A stretch of DNA of 64,000 nucleotides, from NCBI GenBank assembly GCA_965223845.1, contig CBDCXR010000004.1, forward strand, positions 6,432,001 to 6,496,000, given 5' to 3'. Source of the stretch: Planctomycetota bacterium. Its GTDB lineage: Bacteria; Planctomycetota; UBA8108; SXIK01. This document shows, one piece after another, positions 18,266 through 28,314 of the stretch; the first letter of the stretch is position 1; each line of letters starts with the position of its first letter. Made by a program: the position numbers and the translations under genes. Under the pieces are notes generated by a model. That model did not search any database, was not told the origin of the DNA, and saw nothing but the letters and a program-made list of their open reading frames with translations.

Positions 18266-19525
18266 TCAGGCGCTCTCAGACGTCTCGTCTCTCGCGATCT
18301 CGCATTCGTAGAGACTCCCGCGTCGAAGCCTCCCGACGGCGAAGCTCAAGCTTCCCACCGTGTGCTTCGCGCCGACTTGAAACGGACCGTCGATCCTCTC
18401 CTCTAGCCACACGGACAGGGGCTGCTCGGGCTCTCCTTCGAACGACTCGACCGAGACCCCCAACTCAGCGCAGAGCTGGCCCAGATGGACTCCCCCGCCG
18501 GCAATCCAGCGGTCGTCGCCGGCGCGCCGGAGGCCCCGCGGCAGGCCGTCGAATTCGTCTCGAATGTCGCCCAGGAGCTCCTCGACGACGTCCTCGAGCG
18601 TGACGAGCCCGGTCGTCCTACCGTCCTTCGACTTGACGATGGCTATGTGCATGCGTTCGCGTACGAAGGAGGCCATCACGTCGGCCGCGCTGTCGTCTTC
18701 GGAAACCGTGATGATCGAGCGCAGCGGTAGCGGTGTCTCGGAGCCCCGCGTCGAGTCGGTCGAGAGGAGGAGCATCTCCTTCACGTTGACGTACCCGATC
18801 ACGTGGTGGACATCGCCGTCCTTGCAAACCGGAAAGCGCGTGTGCAGATGTCGCCGCGCGTAACCGATCGCTTCCTCGAGAGTCTGGTTCGAGTCGAGGA
18901 AAGCGATTTCATCGAGCGGTATCCGGATGTCCTTCGCGGTGAATTCCGAGAGCTGCGGCGCTCGCTTGATGATCCGTTCCTGTTGAGGTCCGATCTCCCG
19001 CGACAGGCGAGCCAGGCCCGCGAGAGCGGCGATTTCTTCGACCGTCGCGGCGCCTTCGTTCTCGTCATCGCGGCGTCGCTCGAACGGGCGGTTGATCAGG
19101 TGAATGAACCACAATACGGGCTGCAAGGCGACCGCTGAGACTTGCAGCGGTCGCGCGATCACAAGCGCTAGGCCCCGATTGAATCGCACGCCGAGCGACT
19201 TGGCCAGGATCTCGGTGAACTGCAGCATCACGAACGTGAAGATCGCGGCGAAGAGCCAGAGATACTCCTCGCCGAAGACCTTTCCGAACTGAGCTCCAGC
19301 GATGGAGGCGCCGACCGTGTGCGCCGCCGTGTTGAGGAGAAGAATCACCGCGATGGGACGCTCCACGTGGCTCTTGAAGCCCTGCCAGATCCGCCCAATG
19401 CGAGGCCTTCGCTCGGACAAGCTCGCTACTTGAGCCGGCGTCAAAGACAAAAGCGTCGCCTCCATGAGCGAGCAGATCGCCGAGATGACAAGTGCGATCA
19501 GGACGCCCACAACGAAGAGTGTCAT
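18266..19525 (-). CDS. Hemolysin/CNNM family protein (DUF21 + CBS pair + CorC_HlyC)
   Basis: ISAICSLMEATLLS, ILLLNTAAH, FTEILAKSLG; HTRFPV; GLVTLEDVVEELLGDIRDEFD; GGAGG RBS. Confidence 0.92.
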   Translation of the reverse strand: MTLFVVGVLIALVISAICSLMEATLLSLTPAQVASLSERRPRIGRIWQGFKSHVERPIAVILLLNTAAHTVGASIAGAQFGKVFGEEYLWLFAAIFTFVMLQFTEILAKSLGVRFNRGLALVIARPLQVSAVALQPVLWFIHLINRPFERRRDDENEGAATVEEIAALAGLARLSREIGPQQERIIKRAPQLSEFTAKDIRIPLDEIAFLDSNQTLEEAIGYARRHLHTRFPVCKDGDVHHVIGYVNVKEMLLLSTDSTRGSETPLPLRSIITVSEDDSAADVMASFVRERMHIAIVKSKDGRTTGLVTLEDVVEELLGDIRDEFDGLPRGLRRAGDDRWIAGGGVHLGQLCAELGVSVESFEGEPEQPLSVWLEERIDGPFQVGAKHTVGSLSFAVGRLRRGSLYECEIARDETSESA

Positions 19526-19993
19526 CGAGTGTTCCTCCGGGCTCTTCTTCTTCGTGCGTTCGAGTACGGGGTCGGGACGGTTGGAGCCGTCGACGCGATT
19601 CGTCAGCGCTTCTACGCTATCTCCGCCGAGCGGCGATTCAAGCTCCCTGCTCTCGTCGCGCGTTCGAAGAAAACCGAGGCGCTTCTCCCCGCTGAGTCTT
19701 ACGTTCGCGCTCCGCTCGTTGCGGGTCTCGATGGAATCGCTCGACTCTCCTTCACGCCGCGTCGGATCCCGGGCGCGTGAGAGGCTGACGAGGCGATCGA
19801 GACCTGTCGTTCGCTACGACAACGTCCTGCGAGTGTTCGTCGTACCGCCGAGACCTGATCATCGGACGGATCGCTACCCTGATCCTCGGTGTGGCAGAAG
19901 CGAAACTCCGGTCAGTTCGGCGCCACCTTCTCGCCAGTTCACCGCCGACGGCGGCTTGCCCCTCGCTCACCGAACGAGAGGAGATCCTGGGCA

Positions 19994-21406
19994 TTAGGTG
20001 CGTTTCCAGGGCCCGGTGATCGCCAGCGTGTAACCAGGGACCTGAATGTTGAGGAAAAGCGTCATCGGCTCGCCCGGTCCGAAGCACGCTCCGCAGATCT
20101 CCATATCGCTAGTGTAGCGATTGCGCCCCAGGGTGTAGATCTCCCCCTTTCGCGTGACTCCACGCAAGTACTTCACGGGCGCCTCGTCCTCGCAAATGAT
20201 CAGGTCTCCCCAGGGCGCGACGGCGACATTGTCGCAGCGGTTTACGAGCTTCGTGTTGTTCGGTTCGAGGTAGAGCTGCAGACGACCCGGTTGGTCCTTC
20301 TCCTTCGCGGTGGCCTCGAATGGGCTCGGGAAGTAGCGGAAGATCTGTCCCTTGCGACCGATTCCACCGTCGGTGCAGGCGAAGTAAATCTCTTCGTTTC
20401 CGTACCAGATGCCCTCACCGCGCGCGAACACCGCGGCGCCGGCGTCCCGACCGCGCTTGCGCAGGTCGTCTTCGGGCGCCTCCACGTCGTCCATGTCCAT
20501 CCACTCGACATCGAGGCACTCTCCGACAGGAATCTTCGGCGCCCCGGTCGTCGGGAAGTTTCTCGTATCGCAGGACTTTCGATCGCGGACGACTAACGAC
20601 TGTAGTTTGCCGCCCGAGCGCAGATCGCCGCGTTTCTTCGGCAGGAATCTGTAGAGCAGACCGTCTTCACGATCCTCGGTCTGATAAACGACGCCACTCC
20701 TGGGCTCGACCGCAACCGCCTCGTGATTGAAGCGCCCCATCGCCTTGAGCGGAATCGGCTCGACGGGGCCGGTCGCCTGCACCGGAACTTCAAAGTTGTA
20801 GCCGTGGTCCTTCTCGCTCCAATTGAAGTTCTCCTCGCCCACCTTGAGCTCAGGCGTGCCCTTGTCAACAGTCTCCTCGCACGTGATCCAAGTGTTCCAG
20901 GGTGTCGGGCCGCCCGCGCAGTTGCGAGTTGTTCCCGCGAGACTGAGGAAGCTGCGCTCCACGGTTTGAGAGGCCAGGTCGTAGACGAGGGTCGTGGTGC
21001 CTCCAACATGCGGGAACTTGCCCTTGCCCAGATCGTAGACCTTGCTGCTATCCATTGTCGAAAACAGGTGATTGCCGATTCCCCACGGGCCCTTGAAGGT
21101 CTCTTCGGGCGTCAGCTCGTGATTGCGAATCAAGATCACTTTGCCCTTCGGACCCGCGAACGCCGCCATGCCGTCGGGCGCTGCGGGAGTGCGAAAGCCA
21201 TCGCTCATCGGGTCGCCGGCGCGAGAAATCACCTTGTAGGTAAATCCCTCGGGGAGATCGAATACATCGGCGGGATCGCGTTTGAGATCACCGTACACGT
21301 GCACTTCGTTCTGATAGTCCGCGGCCCGAACGAATCGGTTCAATCCCAGGAATCCGGCGCTGACTGCGGCAACGGACCTTAGCGCTTCTCGTCGGCTGAC
21401 GTTCAT
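19994..21406 (-). CDS. phoX: PhoX-family (DUF839) alkaline phosphatase, Tat-exported
   Basis: Tat motif SRREAL; PDGMAAF, RNHE, NCAGGPTPWNTWITCEE, MGRFNHEA, RGEG, CDNV, ICED, EICGACF. Confidence 0.9.
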   Translation of the reverse strand: MNVSRREALRSVAAVSAGFLGLNRFVRAADYQNEVHVYGDLKRDPADVFDLPEGFTYKVISRAGDPMSDGFRTPAAPDGMAAFAGPKGKVILIRNHELTPEETFKGPWGIGNHLFSTMDSSKVYDLGKGKFPHVGGTTTLVYDLASQTVERSFLSLAGTTRNCAGGPTPWNTWITCEETVDKGTPELKVGEENFNWSEKDHGYNFEVPVQATGPVEPIPLKAMGRFNHEAVAVEPRSGVVYQTEDREDGLLYRFLPKKRGDLRSGGKLQSLVVRDRKSCDTRNFPTTGAPKIPVGECLDVEWMDMDDVEAPEDDLRKRGRDAGAAVFARGEGIWYGNEEIYFACTDGGIGRKGQIFRYFPSPFEATAKEKDQPGRLQLYLEPNNTKLVNRCDNVAVAPWGDLIICEDEAPVKYLRGVTRKGEIYTLGRNRYTSDMEICGACFGPGEPMTLFLNIQVPGYTLAITGPWKRT

Positions 21407-21538
21407 GATGCTCAACTGAATCGTGACGAAAGTGAAAGAGTGGACGATGGATCGTTCGGGCAGCGGGAACCCTATCTACGCTGCCGGAGCGCGCTCTTTC
21501 GGTTGTACCCGGCACGTCGAATTCGGCGGGTTCTTTCG

Positions 21539-21555
21539 ATCAACTTTTGTGCCAA
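21539..21555 (-). promoter_or_regulatory. Candidate sigma-54 promoter upstream of phoX
   Basis: Minus strand reads TTGGCAC-AAAAG-TTGAT: correct -24/-12 spacing, with -12 GC replaced by GA; about 130 bp upstream of the start. Confidence 0.4.
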
Positions 21556-21642
21556 GAGGGTGTCTTCGCTTCCGCCGGTGTGCGGCCCGTCCCCAGGCGA
21601 TCCCTCAGGGGCATTCGTTCTGGAATCCTCGGAACCGGTAAC

Positions 21643-22137
21643 CTACCCGTGGATGTGCGCTTGCACGAGTTCATTCTTGGCGAACACTTCCTCCTTGAGT
21701 CGCGTCTTGAACAAAGCGAGCTTCTCGGCAAGGGAGTCGTCAGCGAGTGAGAGAATCTGAAGAGCGAGAATGGCTGCGTTTCGCGCTCCGTCGATCGCAA
21801 CCGTCGCGACCGGAACACCCGGCGACATCTGAACCGTGGCGTGGAGCGCGTCCGTGCCCTGAAGAGCACCGCTCGAAAGGGGAACGCCGATCACCGGAAG
21901 AGTCGTCTTCGCGGCGATCGCCCCTCCGAGATGCGCGGCCATTCCCGCACCGCAGATAATCACGGAAAAGTGGTCTCTCGCTTCGGAGGCGAGAGCCATC
22001 GCTTCATCGGGTGCCCGGTGTACGGAGAGCACGCGTACTTCACAGTCGATTTCGAAATCCTGCAGTACCTGCACCGCTTCTTTCATCACGGGAAAGTCCG
22101 AGTCACTTCCCATCAGAATCAGCACCGGCTTTGGCAT
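21643..22137 (-). CDS. purE: N5-CAIR mutase / AIR carboxylase
   Basis: ILMGSDSD, SVHR, GAGMAAHLGG, TTLPVIGVP, VQMSPGVPVATV, NAAILA; GAGGAGG RBS. Confidence 0.96.
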   Translation of the reverse strand: MPKPVLILMGSDSDFPVMKEAVQVLQDFEIDCEVRVLSVHRAPDEAMALASEARDHFSVIICGAGMAAHLGGAIAAKTTLPVIGVPLSSGALQGTDALHATVQMSPGVPVATVAIDGARNAAILALQILSLADDSLAEKLALFKTRLKEEVFAKNELVQAHIHG

Positions 22138-22290
22138 TCTTGCCCTCCTCCGTTCGGTGATCGCGAATTCGTCGGCTGCGGTCGCCGTGGTGAAGATTTC
22201 GCGGCCCGGATCTCGAGCCGCCTCGCGGCGCAAGAGACATCGAATCCTCCCGTAGTCGGCGACTCGGTGGCGGCCTCTCCGCCGGCACGT

Positions 22291-22644
22291 TCAGGCTCCG
22301 ATCGACGGGAGATCTTTGAAGCCGTCGGCCCGGCTTCGTCTTGTTCGGATCCGACGACAGTGTCTTGCGACCGCGCGTTTCGCTCGCTCCGCCACTAGGT
22401 CCGCTGCTTCCCGTATCGTGGCCGCCTCACTGGTGACGGCGATGGATTCCGCGCGCCTCACCTGAAGGATCAGGCGAGCCAACTTGTCGACGCCTCCTCG
22501 AGGGCCGTTGACGTCCTGGAAAGTGAGCGTGGCGCGGATCACACGATCAGCAAAACGACCGAGGGCGAAAGCGAGTCGCCTCTCGGCGTAGGTGCGATCA
22601 TCGGGTTCGAGTTCGAATCGACGGCTGGTGATGACGAGTTGCAT
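22291..22644 (-). CDS. HPF/RaiA-family ribosome-associated protein
   Basis: YAERRLAFALGRF...DVNGPRGGVDK signature; GGAGG at 22654-22658 favours ATG 22644. Confidence 0.85.
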   Translation of the reverse strand: MQLVITSRRFELEPDDRTYAERRLAFALGRFADRVIRATLTFQDVNGPRGGVDKLARLILQVRRAESIAVTSEAATIREAADLVAERAKRAVARHCRRIRTRRSRADGFKDLPSIGA

Positions 22645-22735
22645 GAGGCTCATCCTCCGCTAGTGGTTTGGCCGTTTCCGTTCGAAGCCTAGCCCCGGAG
22701 CGAAGAATCGTCTAATACGAAAGAGCGACGAGTCG

Positions 22736-22752
22736 TATCGTAAAAACCGATA
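22736..22752. promoter_or_regulatory. LysR-type operator-like inverted repeat
   Basis: TATCG-taaaaac-CGATA: perfect 5-bp arms containing a T-N11-A core, in an AT-enriched patch upstream of the HPF gene. Confidence 0.55.
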
Positions 22753-22925
22753 TGAGCGAGGCGCGCGAGGGGCCAGCCAGCGCTCCACTCACTGCTCCCG
22801 CGAGATCGCGCACGCGATCCCTCGGCCGTGGTCGTCGTCTAGATCCTGGTTGTTGCGATTGGTGCACCGCTGTCTAATGTTTCGGAAGGCGAGATACGCC
22901 GAAACGCGCTGCTCGGGAGACAGGT

Positions 22926-25145
22926 TTGCTCTTTTCATCTCCTCACTCGAAACTGCATGCTCACGCGGCACTTGCGTGTCTGCTGGGTGTTGGTGTTTTG
23001 GTCTCGGAGATCTGTCCGGCGGCTCCGCCCGAAGATCCGCCGAAGGATTCGAGAGATCGTCACGCCGAGAGGCCGGCAGAGTTCTTCGAGAAGAAAATCC
23101 GCCCCGTTCTCGTCGATCGGTGCTACGGCTGTCACTCCGAGGCGAGCGGGAAGGCGAAGGGCGGCTTTCGACTCGATTCGCGGGATGGCATCCGGCGCGG
23201 GGGCGAGACCGGGCCCGCCGTCGTTCCTGGACGGCCCGACGCGAGCTTGCTCCTGCGCGCGATCCGGCGCGAAGGCCCGAAGATGCCGCCCGACGGTCCG
23301 CTTCCGGATCGCGTCATCCGCGATTTCGTGCAGTGGATCGAGCTCGGGGCGCCCGACCCCCGGACCGAAGACGAGACTCGAGCTCGCGGCGAGGCGGCGG
23401 CGAGCGCGGCCGGGCGCCACTGGGCGTTTACTTCGCCGCGTCGATCCGAGCCTCCGTCCGTCGCTGACGAGTCCTGGCCGTCCGGCCCGATCGATCGATT
23501 CGTCCTCGCACGTCTCGAAGCCGAGGGGATCGCGCCCAGCGCCGCCGCCGATCCGGCGACTCTACTTCGTCGCGTGACCTTCGACCTCACGGGTCTTCCG
23601 CCGAGCGAGGATGCGATCGAGTCGTTCCTTGCGGACGCGAGTCCGGTCGCCTACGAGAAAGTCGTCGACCGGCTGCTCAGCTCGGTTCAGTTCGGTGAGC
23701 GGTGGGCGCGACTTTGGCTCGACGTCGCGCGCTACGCCGAAGACCAGGCGCACATCGTCGGAAACAACGAGTCGCTGTTTTATCCGAACGCGTACATCTA
23801 TCGCGACTGGGTCATCGCCGCACTGAGCAGCGACGTGCCGTACGACCGGTTCGTCAGGCTACAACTCGCCGTCGATTTGCTCGAGCCGGAAAACGACCGC
23901 GATCTTCCCGCGCTCGGTTTCATCGGACTGGGCCCGAAGTACTACGATCGCAACAACCCGGTCGTCATGGGGGACGAGTGGGAAGATCGCGTCGACACGG
24001 TCTCGCGTGGAATCCTCGGCCTCACCGTCGCGTGCGCACGCTGCCACGATCACAAGTACGATCCGATCTCGACCGAGGACTACTACGGACTCGCTGGGGT
24101 GTTCGCGAGCACGGAGATGTTCAACCGGCCGCGAGGGGAAAAAGCGGAGCGCGGTAAGAAAGGTCAGGCCAAATCGCCATCGGGCGCGCTTCACATCGTG
24201 CGCGAAGGCAAAGTGCGGGACCTCCACGTCCAGGTTCGCGGCAACCCGGAGAACAAGGGGCCGCTCGTTCGGCGGCGATTCTTGAGCCTGTTCGAACGGG
24301 ACGGCGAACCGCGGCCCTTTGAACGCGGAAGCGGACGTGCGGAGCTCGCGGAGTCCGTGACCAAAACGTCGACCGCGCTCACGGCGCGCGTCATCGTGAA
24401 CCGCGTATGGGGCGAGCTCACCGGCGCGGCGATTGTCGCGACACCGAGCAACTTCGGTGTCCTCGGAGCGCGGCCGACGCATCCCGAGCTCCTCGACGAC
24501 CTCGCGATTCGCTTCGTCGAGTCGGGGTGGTCGCTCAAATGGCTCTGCCGGGAGATCGTACTCTCGTCGACGTATCGCCAACGAAGTGACGTCGATCCCG
24601 TGAGAGCGGCGCGCGACGAGGCGAATCGACTTCTCTGGCGCATGCATCGTCGTCGGCTTCCGATCGAGTCTTGGCGCGACGCGATCCTCACCGTCGCGGG
24701 CGAACTCGACGCTGCGGTGGGGGGGAAGTCGGTCGATCCGGCGCGACCGGAAGAGAAACGGCGGACGGTGTACGCGCGCGTCAGCCGCTTCCAGCTCAAC
24801 TCTATGCTTCAGCTGTTCGACTTCCCCGACCCGAATGTACACGCAGCGCAGCGCGCGCTCACGATCACTCCGCTCCAGAAGCTCTTCGCGCTGAACAGCG
24901 CCTTCATTCTGCACCAGGCGCAGCGACTCGCCGACTCGCTTCTCGCGGAGTTCGGCGGGGCAGCGTCGATGGTTCCCGAGACGGGAGTCCGGCGTGCGTA
25001 CGCTCGCGTGTTCGGTCGGGCTCCGTCGGTTCGCGAGCTCGCGATCGGTCGCGAGTTTTTCGCGACTCGCTCAGGCGACGCCGCGGCGTGGAAGGAGTAC
25101 GTCCACGCGCTTCTCGTGTCGAACGAGCTCGTCTATTTGGACTGA
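22926..25145 (+). CDS. Planctomycete cytochrome c (PSCyt1) + DUF1549 + DUF1553 (PSD1) protein
   Basis: FFEKKIRPVLVDRCYGCH; HWAF; IDRFVLARL; GERWARLWLDVARYAE; CARCHDHKYDPI; ARVIVNRVW; HPELLDDLA; start approximate. Confidence 0.93.
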   Translation: MLFSSPHSKLHAHAALACLLGVGVLVSEICPAAPPEDPPKDSRDRHAERPAEFFEKKIRPVLVDRCYGCHSEASGKAKGGFRLDSRDGIRRGGETGPAVVPGRPDASLLLRAIRREGPKMPPDGPLPDRVIRDFVQWIELGAPDPRTEDETRARGEAAASAAGRHWAFTSPRRSEPPSVADESWPSGPIDRFVLARLEAEGIAPSAAADPATLLRRVTFDLTGLPPSEDAIESFLADASPVAYEKVVDRLLSSVQFGERWARLWLDVARYAEDQAHIVGNNESLFYPNAYIYRDWVIAALSSDVPYDRFVRLQLAVDLLEPENDRDLPALGFIGLGPKYYDRNNPVVMGDEWEDRVDTVSRGILGLTVACARCHDHKYDPISTEDYYGLAGVFASTEMFNRPRGEKAERGKKGQAKSPSGALHIVREGKVRDLHVQVRGNPENKGPLVRRRFLSLFERDGEPRPFERGSGRAELAESVTKTSTALTARVIVNRVWGELTGAAIVATPSNFGVLGARPTHPELLDDLAIRFVESGWSLKWLCREIVLSSTYRQRSDVDPVRAARDEANRLLWRMHRRRLPIESWRDAILTVAGELDAAVGGKSVDPARPEEKRRTVYARVSRFQLNSMLQLFDFPDPNVHAAQRALTITPLQKLFALNSAFILHQAQRLADSLLAEFGGAASMVPETGVRRAYARVFGRAPSVRELAIGREFFATRSGDAAAWKEYVHALLVSNELVYLD

Positions 25146-25405
25146 GTTTGGGTGACGCGTCCGTGACGATGTGTCGCCTCACTCGGCGCCGTACGCTCGG
25201 CGGTGGAACGGCGAGCTCGGAAACGGGAGGGCCGCCGGCTGAGGTCGAGGCTCGAGTGATTTTCGGAGCTTCCGGCGGCCGCGCGCACCCGCGAAGAGCT
25301 TGACGCGACTCGCGAGACCGACGAATCTGTTGGTTTGAAGCTGATTCGGCTCAGCCGTTCGCGTCCGGCTCGATCGGACGCTCCGTCAACGACACGAGGC
25401 GAACC

Positions 25406-26830
25406 GTGGACGAAGCGACGACTTCCTCTCCGCGAAGGGATCCGCGTACGCTGAACCGCCGCGACATGCTCCGGCGGGCCGGCGGCGGTTTTGGTGCGCT
25501 CGGGCTAGCCGGCATGCTCGATTCCGTCGCGCGGGGAGCGTCGAGCGCGGGGTCGACGGTCGCGCTCCATCGTCCGGCGCGCGCGAAGAGCGTCATCTTT
25601 CTCTTCATGAACGGCGCGCCGTCTCACGTCGACACCTTCGATCCAAAACCCGCGCTCGCGAAGCACGCCGGCGAAGAGCCGCCGAGCAAGTGGAAGAAGG
25701 GCAAGGTCGGCGGCCTCATGCCGTCTCCGTTCCGCTTCGACGCACACGGCGAGAGCGGCGTCGTCATGAGCGAGCTTCTGCCGGAGCTTTCTCATTCGGC
25801 CGACGACCTCTGCGTGCTCCGATCGATGCACACCGACGTGCCGAACCACGAGCCCGGTCTCCTCATGATGCTTTCGGGGAACCAGCAGCCGGTGCGTCCG
25901 TCCCTCGGCTCTTGGGTCTCGTACGGCCTCGGCACTGAGAACGAAAATCTTCCGGGGTACGTCGTTCTCTGCCCCGGGCGGCCGGTCGTCGGACCACGTC
26001 TCTGGTCGTCTGGTTTTCTCCCGGGCGAGCATCAGGGCACTGCGCTCGACACGCGTGATCTCGCGGTCGAGAAGCTGATCGCAAATGTGCGGCATCCGAG
26101 TTTGTCGATCGCCGACCAGCGTCGCCAGGTCGATCTTATCCGCGAGTTGAACGCGCTTCACCGCGAGGCGCGCCCCGGCGAGGTTGCGCTCGATGCGCAA
26201 ATCCGATCGCTCGAAACCGCGTTTCGGATGCAGATCGAAGCGACGGACGCGTTCGACGTCGCGCGGGAGACCGATTCCGTGCGTGATCGCTACGGTCGGA
26301 CACCGTACGGACAATCGTGTCTCATGGCTCGCCGACTCGTCGAGCGCGGTGTGCGCTTCGTTCAGGTCTACTACGTCTCCGGCAAGAACAAGCAGCCGTG
26401 GGACACACACGCCGACAACGACAACCGTCATCGAACCCTGTGCGCGGACAGCGACCGCGGGACGGCGGCGCTCATCGAGGACCTCCGCCAGCGCGGACTC
26501 CTCGAAGACACGCTCGTGATCTGGGGCGGGGAATTCGGACGTACACCGTACGCCCAACCCGCGAAAAACGGCCGCGCCGGGCGCGACCACCATCACACCG
26601 GCTTTTCGATGTTCCTCGCGGGCGGCGGCGTGCGAGGCGGCACGATGTACGGCACGACGGACGAGTTCGGAATTCATGCCGTCGAGAAGCGAGCTCACGT
26701 GCACGATCTTCACGCTACGATCCTCCACCTCCTCGGCATCGACCACGAGCAGCTCACCTACCGGTGGTCGGGACGGGATTTCCGCCTCACCGACGTCCAC
26801 GGGAACGTGATGCACGACATCATCGCGTGA
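25406..26830 (+). CDS. DUF1501 domain protein (Tat-exported)
   Basis: LNRRDML Tat motif; AKSVIFLFMNGAPSHVDTFDPKP; ARRLVERGVRFVQ; WGGEFGRTP; GRDHH; HDLHATILHLLG. Confidence 0.95.
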   Translation: MDEATTSSPRRDPRTLNRRDMLRRAGGGFGALGLAGMLDSVARGASSAGSTVALHRPARAKSVIFLFMNGAPSHVDTFDPKPALAKHAGEEPPSKWKKGKVGGLMPSPFRFDAHGESGVVMSELLPELSHSADDLCVLRSMHTDVPNHEPGLLMMLSGNQQPVRPSLGSWVSYGLGTENENLPGYVVLCPGRPVVGPRLWSSGFLPGEHQGTALDTRDLAVEKLIANVRHPSLSIADQRRQVDLIRELNALHREARPGEVALDAQIRSLETAFRMQIEATDAFDVARETDSVRDRYGRTPYGQSCLMARRLVERGVRFVQVYYVSGKNKQPWDTHADNDNRHRTLCADSDRGTAALIEDLRQRGLLEDTLVIWGGEFGRTPYAQPAKNGRAGRDHHHTGFSMFLAGGGVRGGTMYGTTDEFGIHAVEKRAHVHDLHATILHLLGIDHEQLTYRWSGRDFRLTDVHGNVMHDIIA

Positions 26831-26836
26831 CGCGCC

Positions 26837-28267
26837 GTGGGTGATTCGTTTTGGCTCGGCATCGCGATCGGCGTCTACCTCGTCGTTCTCTTCGCGATCG
26901 GCCTCTGGGCTCGCGGTCGCATCCACGACGCGTCCGACTACATCGTCGCCGGCCGCCGACTCCCGTTCTTCTTTTCGACGGGGACTCTGCTCGCGACTTG
27001 GTTCGGCGCGGGCATCGTTCTCGCGACGACGGACGAGGTGCGCGAGAGCGGGCTCCAGAACATCGCGCTCGAGCCCATCGGTCCCGGACTCTGCCTCGTT
27101 TTCGTGGCGCTCTTCTTCGCCCGGCCGATGTGGAACGCGCGCCTCCTTACGCACAACGACCTCTACGCGAGGCGGTACGGAAAGCGCGTCGAAATCCTTT
27201 CGAGTCTCTACGCGATCAACTTCGTTCCTTGGATTTCTGCGCAGCTCCTCGGCATGGCGGGGATCCTTCGCGTCTACTTTGAGCTCCCGCTCGAAGCGGG
27301 GATCGTTCTCGTCGCGTTTGTCGCCCTCGGCTACACGCTCCTCGGCGGCATGTGGTCGGTCACGATCACCGACGCGTTTCAGCTCGTTCTGATCCTCCTC
27401 GGTCTCGTGTGGCTCTTGGTCGTGACCCTCGCCGAGCTCGGCGGCGGCTCCGCGTCGGCTGGCTGGAGCGAAATGCTGCGAGCGACGCCGCCCGAGGACC
27501 TCGAAGCGTTCTCGGTGAAGAGCACGGCGGAGATGTTCGAGTGGCTCTCGCTCTTCCTCGCGGGGACGATCGGCATCATTCCGAGTCAGGACCTGATGCA
27601 GCGAGTCTTTGCGGCCAGATCGGCACGCGTCGCGGTGTGGTCGAGCCTGACCGCCGGACTTCTCTACCTCGCCTTCGGCGCGATCCCGGTCGTCGTCGGC
27701 CTAGCGAGTCGTGGACTCCTCGACGTGGAGATCGACAGCGACATCGTCGCGGAGCTCGGCCGATCGCTCATGGGGCCGGTCGCCGGAACGATCTTCGTCC
27801 TCGCGATCCTCTCCGCGGTCCTCTCGACCATCGACAGCGCGCTCCTCGCGCCGGCGAGTGTATTCGCGCAAAACTTCCTTCGTCACGTCGCCGGAGGACG
27901 CGTGTCGGTGCTCGCGCTCACGCGGCTCGCAGCAATCGGAATTGCGGCCGCGAGCTCACTCCTCGCGCTCAGCGGAAACGACGCATTCGCGTTTCTCGAG
28001 GAGTCGTACTCGATGGGGCTCGCCCCGTTCGTAGTGCTCGTGTTCGCCGTCTACCAGAAGACGACTCGCGAGCTCCCCGCGCTTCTCGCGCTTTCCTTCG
28101 GGCTCCTCGCGTGGCTCGCCGAGATCTTGGCGTCGTGGCGGGGGACGACTCTGACGCTGAAGCCGGTCTTCGGCGAGGAGCCCGCGGAGATCCCTTCGGC
28201 GATCGTGATCCTGGTGGTGAGCTTCTCGCTCTACGTCCTCGGGGATCTGTGGGAGCGGCGGAGGTAG
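26837..28267 (+). CDS. Sodium:solute symporter (SSS/SLC5) family protein
   Basis: DYIVAGRRLP, LLATWFGAG, YTLLGGMWSVTITDAFQ, SQDLMQRVFAA, SAVLSTIDSALL; about 13 TM segments. Confidence 0.92.
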   Translation: MGDSFWLGIAIGVYLVVLFAIGLWARGRIHDASDYIVAGRRLPFFFSTGTLLATWFGAGIVLATTDEVRESGLQNIALEPIGPGLCLVFVALFFARPMWNARLLTHNDLYARRYGKRVEILSSLYAINFVPWISAQLLGMAGILRVYFELPLEAGIVLVAFVALGYTLLGGMWSVTITDAFQLVLILLGLVWLLVVTLAELGGGSASAGWSEMLRATPPEDLEAFSVKSTAEMFEWLSLFLAGTIGIIPSQDLMQRVFAARSARVAVWSSLTAGLLYLAFGAIPVVVGLASRGLLDVEIDSDIVAELGRSLMGPVAGTIFVLAILSAVLSTIDSALLAPASVFAQNFLRHVAGGRVSVLALTRLAAIGIAAASSLLALSGNDAFAFLEESYSMGLAPFVVLVFAVYQKTTRELPALLALSFGLLAWLAEILASWRGTTLTLKPVFGEEPAEIPSAIVILVVSFSLYVLGDLWERRR

Positions 28268-28314
28268 AGCGGGCTTCTGGCTCGTGTGCGATCTCTTTTC
28301 CGATTCCGAATTAC

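Noticed and set aside
19526-19815. Open frame continuing upstream of the CNNM gene
   Set aside because: No start codon in the extension; ATG 19525 has a GGAGG RBS and matches the normal family N-terminus.
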